Virus record (IMG/VR): IMGVR_UViG_3300025084_000007
Span: 32,001-96,000 of that record
Strand: one strand, 5' to 3'
DNA: 64,000 nucleotides
DNA from: a virus
The number at the start of each line of letters is the position of its first letter. Position 1 is the stretch's first letter. A program made the translations under genes and the position numbers. Under the pieces are notes generated by a model. The model was given only the letters and a program-made list of their open reading frames with translations, was not told the origin of the DNA and searched no databases. This document shows, piece after piece, positions 28,955 through 38,157 of this stretch.

Positions 28955-30559
28955 ATGTCTCAGCTCTTCGGTTTTTCACTGGAAAGAGCAAAGAAGGTCC
29001 CCAAGGGGCCTTCTTTTGTTCAAAAAGATAGTATGGATGGTTCGCAACCTATTGTAGGTGGCGGATATTATGGATATTCCGTTGATTTTGATGGTGTTGT
29101 TCGTAATGATTATGAACTCATTTCTCGCTACAGAGAAATGGTAATGCAACCAGAATGTGATAGTGCAGTTGACGATATTGTCAACGAAACTATTTGCGGT
29201 AACTTTGATGATGTACCAGTAGAGGTTGAACTCTCCAACCTTAAGGCGTCGGATAAAATTAAAAAACTAATTAGAGAAGAGTTTGAAACTATTCTCAGTT
29301 TACTAGACTTTGAAAATCGTTCCTATGAAATTTTTCGTAGGTGGTATGTAGACGGAAGACTTTTTTATCATAAAGTAATCGACCCCAAGAATCCTGCTGG
29401 TGGTCTTGCCGAATTGCGATATATCGATCCTCGCAAAATCCGTAAGGTCACTGAGTATGAGCAGAAGAAACCCGATCAAATGCGTGGGTCTGATTTAAAT
29501 CAGCAACTGACACAAAAGGCAGCAGAGTATTTTCTATACAATCCAAAGGGATTAAAGAATTCTACAAATCAGGGTATGAAAATTACCACTGATTCTGTCA
29601 CCTATTGCCACTCAGGTATTCAAGACCTGAACAAATCTATGACTCTTAGTCACCTTCACAAGGCGATCAAAGCAGTCAACCAACTGAGAATGATTGAAGA
29701 TTCTCTGGTTATCTATCGTTTGAGTAGAGCACCCGAGCGTCGTATTTTTTATATTGACGTTGGTAATCTTCCCAAGAATAAAGCGGAACAATATCTTCGC
29801 GAAGTTATGGGACGCTATCGTAACAAAATGGTTTACGATGCAAACACTGGTGAGATTAAAGACGACAAGAAGTTTATGTCCATGATGGAAGACTTCTGGT
29901 TACCTAGACGCGAAGGTGGTCGTGGTACAGAAATCTCCACACTCCCTGGTGGTCAGAATCTTGGTGAACTTGAGGATGTAAAGTACTTCCAGAAGAAACT
30001 TTATAAGGCACTCAATGTTCCTTCCTCTCGTTTAGAAACAGAAACGACTTTTAATATTGGTCGTGCTGCTGAAATTACTCGTGATGAAGTTAAGTTCCAG
30101 AAGTTTATCGCTCGTCTTCGCAAGCGTTTCTCAGAACTCTTTACAGATCTTTTAAAAACACAACTCATTCTTAAGGGCGTCATGTCTCTTGAAGAATGGG
30201 AAGAGATGAAGAATCACATTCAGTTTGACTTCATTGCTGATAATTACTTCACTGAACTAAAAGAGATTGAAATCCGCAACGAAAGGATGAACCAAGTTGC
30301 TGCTATGGATGCTTATGTTGGTAAGTATTTCTCTGTAGAATATATGCGTCGTCAGGTTCTGAAGCAAACAGACATTGAGATTAAGGAGATTGATGAACAA
30401 ATCGCCGCTGAAATGGAAGCAGGTATTATTGCTGATCCTATGGCGGAAATGGATCCTGCTATGGATGCTGGCGGTGAAGGTGCCCCAGCAGCAGAAGTAG
30501 ATCCAAATGCACAGGAATCTTCTGTTGATCCTGGAGATGTCCGCAGAGGAGAATTTTAA
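28955..30559 (+). CDS. gp20: Portal vertex protein gp20
   Basis: RRWYVDGR, YRLSRAPERRIFYIDVGN and EDFWLPRREGGRGTEI motifs. Confidence 0.97.
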   Translation: MSQLFGFSLERAKKVPKGPSFVQKDSMDGSQPIVGGGYYGYSVDFDGVVRNDYELISRYREMVMQPECDSAVDDIVNETICGNFDDVPVEVELSNLKASDKIKKLIREEFETILSLLDFENRSYEIFRRWYVDGRLFYHKVIDPKNPAGGLAELRYIDPRKIRKVTEYEQKKPDQMRGSDLNQQLTQKAAEYFLYNPKGLKNSTNQGMKITTDSVTYCHSGIQDLNKSMTLSHLHKAIKAVNQLRMIEDSLVIYRLSRAPERRIFYIDVGNLPKNKAEQYLREVMGRYRNKMVYDANTGEIKDDKKFMSMMEDFWLPRREGGRGTEISTLPGGQNLGELEDVKYFQKKLYKALNVPSSRLETETTFNIGRAAEITRDEVKFQKFIARLRKRFSELFTDLLKTQLILKGVMSLEEWEEMKNHIQFDFIADNYFTELKEIEIRNERMNQVAAMDAYVGKYFSVEYMRRQVLKQTDIEIKEIDEQIAAEMEAGIIADPMAEMDPAMDAGGEGAPAAEVDPNAQESSVDPGDVRRGEF

Positions 30560-30592
30560 TTAACTAAATAATACTAATAATGGATACTTATT

Positions 30593-30916
30593 ATGCCGAG
30601 TGATATTGCAAACCAAATAGTTCAGCAAATTTTTAGTGATGACAAAGCGAAAGCAATTGACTCCATTAATGACGCTTTAGCATCTTCAACGTATGATGCT
30701 ATTCAAGCACAAAAAGTTCAGTATGCTCAGAGTATGGGTTTTGAGTTAGATCAAACCGCGCAGGATTCAGCAGATGAAATCGCTGATAGTTTGCCAGACG
30801 GTTCTGAGAATGCTCAAGATGTTGAAGTTGATGGGCGTATGCCGCATGAACCCCCTACTGATGAATTAGAACAACCTGTAGAAACCCCCGAAGAAGACAA
30901 TGAAACTGATAGCTGA
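30593..30916 (+). CDS. Acidic small protein, probable prohead core protein
   Basis: Lies between gp20 and gp21; late-like CTAAATA at 30564-30570. Confidence 0.65.
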   Translation: MPSDIANQIVQQIFSDDKAKAIDSINDALASSTYDAIQAQKVQYAQSMGFELDQTAQDSADEIADSLPDGSENAQDVEVDGRMPHEPPTDELEQPVETPEEDNETDS

Positions 30917-31544
30917 AGAAATTACTCAAGTAGATTTTCTCTGCGAAGAGAAAGAAGGCAAGAAGAATTACTTCATCGAAGGTATCTTCTTACAGGCAGA
31001 ACTGCAGAACCGCAATGGTCGCATGTATAAATTACCAACTTTACAACGTGAAGTTGCTAAATACAGCGAGAACTATATTCAAAAAGGGCGTGCTCTTGGA
31101 GAATTAGGTCACCCCGATGGTCCTTCCATCAATCTTGATAGGGTGTCACATAAGATTGAATCTCTCAAAGAAGATGGAAACAACTTCATTGGTAGAGCAA
31201 AAATCCTTGATACCCCCATGGGTAATATTGCAAAGAACCTTCTTTCTGAAGGCGTCAGTCTTGGCGTTTCCTCTAGAGGCATGGGTTCTTTAGTCAAAAA
31301 AGAGGGTTGCAATGTCGTCGCAGATGACTTTATGCTTGCAACCGCTGCAGATATTGTAGCAGATCCATCTGCTCCCGATGCATTTGTAGACGGTATTATG
31401 GAAGGAAAAGAGTGGGTTTGGGACAATGGCATTCTCAAAGAGTCTGCTATTGCCGAGATCAAAACTCAAATTGATCAAGCAACTATTATCAATCTGCAGG
31501 AGCGTAAAATCTCCGCGTTTGCAGCATTTTTAAAGAGTTTGTGA
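30900..31544 (+). CDS. gp21: Prohead core scaffold protease gp21
   Basis: NRNGRMY, ALGELGHP, GVSSRGMGS and DIVADPSAPDAFV motifs. Confidence 0.96.
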   Translation: MKLIAEEITQVDFLCEEKEGKKNYFIEGIFLQAELQNRNGRMYKLPTLQREVAKYSENYIQKGRALGELGHPDGPSINLDRVSHKIESLKEDGNNFIGRAKILDTPMGNIAKNLLSEGVSLGVSSRGMGSLVKKEGCNVVADDFMLATAADIVADPSAPDAFVDGIMEGKEWVWDNGILKESAIAEIKTQIDQATIINLQERKISAFAAFLKSL

Positions 31545-31546
31545 TT

Positions 31547-31554
31547 TATAAATA
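31547..31554 (+). promoter_or_regulatory. Late promoter TATAAATA
   Basis: Perfect consensus upstream of gp22. Confidence 0.85.
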
Positions 31555-31593
31555 ATAAAAGATAACGCTACTATGCATAACGGAGAATATCAA

Positions 31594-32616
31594 ATGTCTG
31601 AGACCCTCGACAAAAACTTAGATAATATGGAGTCTGTGACCGAAGGTTCCAACGCAGTTACTAAAGATGCTAAACCTGGCGAGAAGATTGATACTTCTGG
31701 CAATGGAAATGCACCTTGCGTAGTTGATGTTACCTCGGATTCTGAAGAAGGCGCTAAAGGAACTAAGAACGCAGGCAAGTCTGCAGCAGCACCTGTAGGT
31801 AAAGCACCTGTTCCAAGCACTAAGCCAAGTGACGCATCTGCTAAAATGGAGGAAACGGAAAGTGAAGAAGAAGTCCTCGCTGAAACCGACCTCGACTTTA
31901 CTGAAGATGTTGACGCTCTTGTCGCTGGTGAAGACCTCTCAGAAGAGTTCCGTTTAAAAGCAGCAACAATCTTTGAAGCAGCTGTAACCAGTCGTGTTAA
32001 CAAAGAAGCAGCAGCTTTACAAGAAGCGTATGAATCAACGCTGACTGAAGAAGTCGAAAAGATTCAAACAGAATTGGCCGAGAAGGTTGACGATTACCTC
32101 ACTTATGCCGCTGAATCCTGGATGAAAGAGAATGCTCTCCAGGTTGAGCATGGCATTAAGACTGAGATGGCAGAGTCATTCTTCAACGGTCTAAAAGGTC
32201 TTTTCCTTGAGCATAACTTTAGCGTGCCCGAGGAAAAATTCAACATGCTTGATGGCATGGTTGGAGAAATTGATGAAATGGAAGCTAAACTCAACGAGCA
32301 AATCGACACTAATATTGCTTTGAACAAGCGTATTGGTGAGTTTGTAAAAATGGAAATTGTGAACGAATGCGCTACTGGTCTTGCCGAAACCCAAAAGGAA
32401 AGGCTTCACCAATTAGCAGAGGGTGTTGAGTTTGAAACTGAAGAAGACTTTCAACAGAAGGTCGAAACGATCAAGGAATCCTACTTCACTAGAAAGGCTG
32501 AACTTGCAGAATCTGTAGGCGACCCCACTGAAGAAGCATCGGCTCCCCTTGTCGAAGAAACAACTAGCGGCTCAATGTCGAAATACGTTGATGCAATTGC
32601 TCGTTGGTCTAAATAA
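31594..32616 (+). CDS. gp22: Prohead core scaffold protein gp22
   Basis: LSEEF..KAATIFEAAV, acidic coiled coil, KESYF; ATG 31594 has a GGAG RBS. Confidence 0.93.
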   Translation: MSETLDKNLDNMESVTEGSNAVTKDAKPGEKIDTSGNGNAPCVVDVTSDSEEGAKGTKNAGKSAAAPVGKAPVPSTKPSDASAKMEETESEEEVLAETDLDFTEDVDALVAGEDLSEEFRLKAATIFEAAVTSRVNKEAAALQEAYESTLTEEVEKIQTELAEKVDDYLTYAAESWMKENALQVEHGIKTEMAESFFNGLKGLFLEHNFSVPEEKFNMLDGMVGEIDEMEAKLNEQIDTNIALNKRIGEFVKMEIVNECATGLAETQKERLHQLAEGVEFETEEDFQQKVETIKESYFTRKAELAESVGDPTEEASAPLVEETTSGSMSKYVDAIARWSK

Positions 32617-32654
32617 TTAATTAACTTATTCTACTTTTTAATTCGGAGATACAA

Positions 32655-34028
32655 ATGTCTTTACGTCAACTCCAGGAGAAGTGGGCACCCGTTCTGAATC
32701 ACGATGCTCTTCCAGAGATTCAAGATTCCCACAAGCGCGGCGTCATCGCTCAACTCCTCGAAAACCAAGAGAGAGCACAAGTCGAAGAAGGTCAAATCCT
32801 TAACGAGACTCTACAAACAACTGGCTACACTGGTGCCAGCACAGCGACAGGTCCTGTTGCAGGTTTCGACCCTGTACTGATCAGCCTCATCCGTCGCTCC
32901 ATGCCTCAGCTTATCGCTTATGATATTGCTGGTGTTCAACCAATGACTGGTCCTACTGGACTGATCTTCGCAATGCGTACCAACTATGGTTCCGAGCGCG
33001 ATCCTAATGCTTCTGGTTACGATGAAGCATTCTTCAACGAGCCTAACGCTGGTTTCTCTGGCGGTCCTGGTGCATACGATCCTGGTGCGTCTGACGCAAC
33101 CAACGATGCAGAAGGTAACAACCCTGCTCTCCTCAATGATGGTTCACCTGGAACCTATGAGTTGACTGGTGATGCTCAAGGCATGTCAACAGCAACCGTT
33201 GAGGGTCTTGATGACTCTGCAGCGAACACGGCATTCCGTGAGATGGGTTTCTCGATCGAGAAAGTCACTGTAACCGCCAAGGCACGCGCCCTGAAGGCTG
33301 AGTACAGCATCGAGATGGCACAAGACCTGAAGGCAATTCATGGTTTGGATGCTGAAACTGAACTGGCAAACATCCTCAGCACAGAGATCCTTGCTGAAAT
33401 CAACCGCGAAGTCGTTCGTACTATCGTAGTTAACGCTGTTGCTGGTGCTCAGAACAATACCGCTACTGCTGGTATTTTCGACCTCGACGTTGACTCCAAC
33501 GGTCGCTGGTCTGTTGAGAAGTTCAAAGGTCTTCTTTTCCAAATCGAAAGAGATGCTAACGCTATCGGTCAGCAAACTCGTCGCGGGAAAGGCAACATCC
33601 TGATCTGTTCTGCCGACGTTGCTTCTGCACTGGGCATGGCTGGTGTTCTTGACTACACCCCTGCTCTTGCTGGCAATAACGCCCTTACAGGTGTTGATGA
33701 TACCTCCAGCACACTGGTTGGTACACTCAACGGTCGTATCAAGGTCTATGTTGATCCTTACTCTGCAAACGTTGCAGACAAGCACTTCTATGTTGCTGGT
33801 TATAAGGGTACTTCACCTTATGACGCTGGTCTGTTCTATTGCCCATATGTTCCTCTTCAGCAGGTTCGTGCAATCAACCCTAACACCTTCCAACCAAAAA
33901 TCGGTTTCAAGACTCGCTACGGCATGGTCTCGAACCCCTTCTCTGGTGGTCTTACCCAAGGCAGCGGTGCTCTTACCGCCAACGCCAACAAGTACTACCG
34001 TCGTGTACAGGTTGCCAACCTTATGTGA
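32655..34028 (+). CDS. gp23: Major capsid protein gp23
   Basis: GVQPMTGPTGLIFAMR, ALKAEYS.E.AQDLKAIHGLDAE and FQPKIGFKTRYG motifs. Confidence 0.98.
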   Translation: MSLRQLQEKWAPVLNHDALPEIQDSHKRGVIAQLLENQERAQVEEGQILNETLQTTGYTGASTATGPVAGFDPVLISLIRRSMPQLIAYDIAGVQPMTGPTGLIFAMRTNYGSERDPNASGYDEAFFNEPNAGFSGGPGAYDPGASDATNDAEGNNPALLNDGSPGTYELTGDAQGMSTATVEGLDDSAANTAFREMGFSIEKVTVTAKARALKAEYSIEMAQDLKAIHGLDAETELANILSTEILAEINREVVRTIVVNAVAGAQNNTATAGIFDLDVDSNGRWSVEKFKGLLFQIERDANAIGQQTRRGKGNILICSADVASALGMAGVLDYTPALAGNNALTGVDDTSSTLVGTLNGRIKVYVDPYSANVADKHFYVAGYKGTSPYDAGLFYCPYVPLQQVRAINPNTFQPKIGFKTRYGMVSNPFSGGLTQGSGALTANANKYYRRVQVANLM

Positions 34029-34068
34029 GTCAGGTTGTTGTGGGGCAGGATGTCCCACATGCCCTTTC

Positions 34069-34094
34069 AGACCTCCTACAAGGGGGTCTTTTTT
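34069..34094 (+). terminator. Rho-independent terminator after gp23
   Basis: AGACCTCCT-ACA-AGGGGGTCT followed by TTTTT. Confidence 0.8.
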
Positions 34095-34149
34095 ATGCCT
34101 AGGTATAAATTAGTAGGCAATAATATTCGTTGCATAAAGTTAGTATTTC

Positions 34150-34178
34150 CTGACAAACTAGTATAGATAGTATAGAAT
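34150..34178 (+). promoter_or_regulatory. sigma70-like promoter with nested late-like element
   Basis: CTGACA-N17-TAGAAT with TATAGATA at 34162-34169. Confidence 0.45.
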
Positions 34179-34244
34179 TACGAGGTGAACAAATGAACCC
34201 AAATTTCATTTATATTATGTACTGCAATCACGAACGGAAAAACT

Positions 34245-34403
34245 ATGAACAACCTCGCTTCTAGAAATCAGTTATACGAATGGTCACACTTTGAGGATTC
34301 TATCGAATTAGAAAAAATAAACGATTACTACGAATGCCTAATTGAATGTACAGATACACATCAAGCATCATGTAAAAGAATCTGCAAGGAAGTGCTTATG
34401 TAA
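34245..34403 (+). CDS. 52-aa twin-CX3C small protein (absent from ORF track)
   Basis: MNNLASRNQLYEWSHFEDSIELEKINDYYECLIECTDTHQASCKRICKEVLM. Confidence 0.7.
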   Translation: MNNLASRNQLYEWSHFEDSIELEKINDYYECLIECTDTHQASCKRICKEVLM

Positions 34404-34420
34404 GTCATATACATACTATA

Positions 34421-34466
34421 CCGTGTGAAGGAAGTGAACGAGGTCTCTATTGGGACCTCTTTTTTT
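34421..34466 (+). ncRNA. Candidate small RNA (or structured 3' UTR) with anti-Yfr1-like motif
   Basis: Late-like TATACATA at 34408-34415, then CCGTGTGAAGGAAGTGAAC, then a terminator hairpin. Confidence 0.35.
34440..34466 (+). terminator. Rho-independent terminator
   Basis: GAGGTCTC-TATT-GGGACCTC followed by TTTTTTT. Confidence 0.85.
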
Positions 34467-34499
34467 GTACCTAAATATCTTTAGATAGAATGATTCATT

Positions 34500-35090
34500 A
34501 TGATTACCGATAGTAAATTTGAAGATTTCATCGGCATCTTTGATACCGAATATGATACTTCAGATCTTATTGAGTATTGGGAGTACCAAAATAAATGTGG
34601 TGCTACCTTTAATCGAAAAGGATTGTTTGGTAAAGAACGAAAAGCACATGCAAGAATTGATAACAGTTTAGTTACTGAAGAGTTTATGCTCGATCACACT
34701 TGCGGTTATCAATATATGAGAGCATACAATGAAGTTATTTCTACTTGCTTAGGTAAGTACATTGATAAGTATGAACAACTTTTACATTATAGATATCAAC
34801 AAGTTTATCTAAACGTGCAGAAAACTTTGCCTCAGCAAGGTTATCATGCTTGGCATGACGAGAGAGGATCGATGGGGTGTAATCGAAGGGTTGCAGCAAC
34901 TATGATGTATCTCAATGATGTTGATGAGGGTGGAGAAACTGAGTTTTTATATCAATCTAAAAGATATAAACCAGTAAAGGGAAGAGTCCTTATTTGGCCA
35001 GCAGGTTATACTCATGTTCATAGAGGCAACCCTCCACTATCGGGCGAAAAATACATCGCCACTTCTTGGTTAGAAAACATAAACGCATAA
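34500..35090 (+). CDS. 2OG-Fe(II) oxygenase
   Basis: YHAWHDE (HxD), YLNDVDEGGETEF and WPAGYTHVHRG..KYIAT motifs. Confidence 0.9.
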   Translation: MITDSKFEDFIGIFDTEYDTSDLIEYWEYQNKCGATFNRKGLFGKERKAHARIDNSLVTEEFMLDHTCGYQYMRAYNEVISTCLGKYIDKYEQLLHYRYQQVYLNVQKTLPQQGYHAWHDERGSMGCNRRVAATMMYLNDVDEGGETEFLYQSKRYKPVKGRVLIWPAGYTHVHRGNPPLSGEKYIATSWLENINA

Positions 35091-35091
35091 A

Positions 35092-35640
35092 ATGGCAAAC
35101 TGGTACGACGATCAATTAACAAACAGAAACTTTTTGTCCCCCATCGGATTCATATTCGTTTTGGATAAGGCAAACAAGGTATCATTTCTGTGTCAAAAAG
35201 CAGAGATTCCACCTATTGCATTAGGAGATGTTCAGATTCCAACTAGAGGATTAGTTCCAATTCCTGTTGAAGGGAACATGCGTTATAACGATTTCACTAT
35301 GGATTTTATCGTAGATGAAAACTTAGAAAACTACATGCAGATCCATAACTGGATGCGTGGATTAGGTACTCCTCAAGAGTTGAAAGAAAGAAAACTTTGG
35401 AATGATAAGTATCAGAAAGACCCTACAAGAGATGCAAGATTTTCAGATGCAACTCTTCAGGTTTTGAATAACAACAACATTGCAAACTTCGATGTTGTCT
35501 TTAAAGATATGTTCCCTGTAGAGTTATCTACTCTATCATTTGATGTTACTGGTTCTGATAACGATTATTTTATTGCATCAGCAACATTCAAATATACTTT
35601 ATATGAGATTAGAAACGTTAACAGTCAGACCAGACGATGA
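35092..35640 (+). CDS. gp3: Tail completion / sheath stabiliser gp3
   Basis: NRNFLSPIGF, FIVDENLENY..IHNW, SDATL and FKDMFP motifs. Confidence 0.9.
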   Translation: MANWYDDQLTNRNFLSPIGFIFVLDKANKVSFLCQKAEIPPIALGDVQIPTRGLVPIPVEGNMRYNDFTMDFIVDENLENYMQIHNWMRGLGTPQELKERKLWNDKYQKDPTRDARFSDATLQVLNNNNIANFDVVFKDMFPVELSTLSFDVTGSDNDYFIASATFKYTLYEIRNVNSQTRR

Positions 35641-35804
35641 CTAGTTGGAAACATCGCGCTCTAGAAGACCCCAATTTAAAGTATAAGCACGCTAGAATTA
35701 TTATTAATGGCCCAAAGTCCTTGTCTCAGGCATGGATATTACAAGCAATGAAATTGAAGTATAGTTATGAATCTCGAATCGCTACAAGAAATGTGGAAGA
35801 CTGA
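35637..35804 (+). CDS. 55-aa hypothetical protein (absent from ORF track)
   Basis: MTSWKHRALEDPNL...GPKSLSQAWILQAMKLKY; ATGA-coupled to gp3. Confidence 0.5.
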   Translation: MTSWKHRALEDPNLKYKHARIIINGPKSLSQAWILQAMKLKYSYESRIATRNVED

Positions 35805-36195
35805 TTCCGTATTGGATGATGATCTACATGATAATGACTCTTTGAAAATTCCTCAACTCCATGCAAAATATATGGAGTATTACAATACTTTCTCACTTAT
35901 GAAGAGTGAGAAAGAGATTGAGTTGAATCGGATTACTAGAGAGAAATGGTTATATTACAAGGGAAAGGCACCTGCAGCAATCTACAAGGAGATGCCTTTT
36001 GATTTAAAACTTACAACTAAAGAAGAGATATCAATGTTCATCGCTGCTGATGAGGACATTGGAAAGATTCAGTACAAGATAGGATATATAAGTCAAGTCC
36101 TATGTTTCCTGGATGGTGTGCTACGACAAATTAACAATCGTAGTTTTCATATTAAAAATGCTATCGAGTGGAAAAGATTTCAATCTGGTATGTAA
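35767..36195 (+). CDS. uvsY: Recombination mediator UvsY
   Basis: SLKIPQLHAKY, WLYYKGKA and IKNAIEWKRF motifs; upstream of uvsW. Confidence 0.88.
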   Translation: MNLESLQEMWKTDSVLDDDLHDNDSLKIPQLHAKYMEYYNTFSLMKSEKEIELNRITREKWLYYKGKAPAAIYKEMPFDLKLTTKEEISMFIAADEDIGKIQYKIGYISQVLCFLDGVLRQINNRSFHIKNAIEWKRFQSGM

Positions 36196-37665
36196 ATGAC
36201 TGACCTTGTAATAAAAAAGAAGAATGAAGTCTATCTCAAGATAGACGCAGAACCTCATGTCAATTACGAATTAGCAGATTACTTTTGCTTTGAAGTTGAG
36301 TCTGCAAAGTATATGCAGAAGCAACGTCGTTGGAAGGGATGGGATGGAAAGATTCGTTTATACTCACCTGCAACAGGAGAGATCTATTGTGGTCTTCTAG
36401 ACTACCTATTAGAGTGGGCGGATGAAAAGAAGTACAACTACAAATTTCAAGACTGTAAGTTCTTTGGACATCCTCTAGAGCAGAATGAGTTTATCACTCC
36501 TCAGGGTGTTGTAGGTTTTGTAAAGTCTCTTCGGTTGCCTTATCCCGTTCGGGATTATCAGTATAAAGCAATATACGAGGCACTAAAATATAATAGAAGA
36601 CTTTTATTATCACCGACAGCTTCTGGAAAGTCTCTGATGATTTATGCATTAGTACGCTTTCATGTAAATGCAAATAGAAATGTTCTTATTGTAGTCCCTA
36701 CAACATCTCTAGTGGAGCAGATGTATAAAGACTTTGAAGAATATGGATGGATGGCGTCCGAAAACTGCCACAAAATATATGCGGGGCAGCAAAAATATAC
36801 GGACCATCAGGTGGTAATTACCACTTGGCAATCTATCTATAAGGAACCTCGTAAGTGGTTTGATAGGTTTGACGTAGTTATCGGTGACGAGGCACACCTT
36901 TTCAAAGCTAAATCTCTGACTTCTCTTATGTCTAAGATGCATGAATGTAAATATCGTATTGGATTTACAGGAACTCTTGATGGTGCAAATGTCAATCAAT
37001 TAGTTTTGGAGGGTGTCTTTGGAAGGTGTTCCCAAGTAACACGAACTGCTCAACTAATGCAGGAAGGACATGTTGCCAAATTAAAAGTAAAGATTGTTCT
37101 AGTGAAGCATGAGGAAAAACTGTTTGAAGGATATCAAGATGAGATCGGATACCTTGTAGAACATGAAGGTAGAAATAAATTCATTCGTAATCTTGCTTGT
37201 GATCTGAAGGGAAATACTCTAGTGCTATTCAACTATGTAGAGCGTCATGGGGTCCCTCTTTACGAGATGATAAATAGTTACACCGAAAGACCAGTACATT
37301 TTGTACATGGTGGTGTAGATGTTAACGACCGTGAAGACATCAGATTGCTAACTGAACAGTCTGACAATGCTATCATTGTTGCTTCTTACGGTACTTTTTC
37401 CACAGGCATCAACATCAAAAGATTACACAACGTTATTTTTGCAAGTCCTTCAAAGTCCAGAGTTCGCAACCTACAATCTATAGGTCGTGTTCTAAGGAAA
37501 GGCGAAAATAAATCTCAAGCAACATTATATGATATTGCTGATGATATCTCTACCGATAGAGGTAACAACTACACACTCAACCATTTAATGGAAAGAGTTA
37601 AAGTGTACAATCAAGAAAAATTTAATTATGAAATCATAGATGTCAACTTAAAAACTTATGATTAA
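36196..37665 (+). CDS. uvsW: DNA helicase UvsW (SF2)
   Basis: RDYQ, SPTASGKS, DEAH, TGT and QSIGRVLR motifs. Confidence 0.95.
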   Translation: MTDLVIKKKNEVYLKIDAEPHVNYELADYFCFEVESAKYMQKQRRWKGWDGKIRLYSPATGEIYCGLLDYLLEWADEKKYNYKFQDCKFFGHPLEQNEFITPQGVVGFVKSLRLPYPVRDYQYKAIYEALKYNRRLLLSPTASGKSLMIYALVRFHVNANRNVLIVVPTTSLVEQMYKDFEEYGWMASENCHKIYAGQQKYTDHQVVITTWQSIYKEPRKWFDRFDVVIGDEAHLFKAKSLTSLMSKMHECKYRIGFTGTLDGANVNQLVLEGVFGRCSQVTRTAQLMQEGHVAKLKVKIVLVKHEEKLFEGYQDEIGYLVEHEGRNKFIRNLACDLKGNTLVLFNYVERHGVPLYEMINSYTERPVHFVHGGVDVNDREDIRLLTEQSDNAIIVASYGTFSTGINIKRLHNVIFASPSKSRVRNLQSIGRVLRKGENKSQATLYDIADDISTDRGNNYTLNHLMERVKVYNQEKFNYEIIDVNLKTYD

Positions 37666-38071
37666 TTACGCAAGACATGATGAAGAATTCTACGGAGTTT
37701 TCAAACTCCTCAATGGTGAGGAAGTTTTAGGTAAAGCAGTGCTTACAGAAGATGATGGAGAAACCTTAGTGTTTATCCAAGATCCTGTTTGCACCCAAGT
37801 AGTTCATAAAGAACTCGACGAAGGAAAACTAGTTCGTGGAGTAGGGTTTTCTAAATGGATGCAGTTTTCTAATGAGGACTTCTTTATTTTACGTGAGAAG
37901 GATATTCTTACGGTAACCTCAATGAGTAAAGAAGTTTCATACTTATACGAAGCTTTTATTCTTAGTGAAGATGACGAGAAGTCATCTAAAAAAGATCTAG
38001 AACCCGAGATGGGTTACCTAGGTAAAATTAATGAAGCAAGAAAGCTCTTAGAGAAGATCTATAGAAGCTAG
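37658..38071 (+). CDS. Conserved hypothetical protein (Sm-like beta fold suspected)
   Basis: FKLLNGEEVLG..., GFSKW and MGYLGKINEARKLLEKIY; usual position before gp55. Confidence 0.75.
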   Translation: MINYARHDEEFYGVFKLLNGEEVLGKAVLTEDDGETLVFIQDPVCTQVVHKELDEGKLVRGVGFSKWMQFSNEDFFILREKDILTVTSMSKEVSYLYEAFILSEDDEKSSKKDLEPEMGYLGKINEARKLLEKIYRS

Positions 38072-38109
38072 TAGTTCTCTGAACCCTTACATGGTTATTC
38101 TACAGAGAC

Positions 38110-38137
38110 TTGACGATTCTGTCAAGTATGTTATAAT
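38110..38137 (+). promoter_or_regulatory. sigma70-type promoter for gp55
   Basis: TTGACG-N16-TATAAT with TGn extended -10. Confidence 0.75.
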
Positions 38138-38157
38138 ATTAACAAAGCAGATAACAT

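Noticed and set aside
34026-34059. UGA plus hairpin as a bacterial SECIS (selenocysteine insertion into gp23)
   Set aside because: The geometry fits loosely, but gp23 ends at its normal C-terminus, no Sec machinery is in the window, and marine picocyanobacteria are not known to me to use Sec
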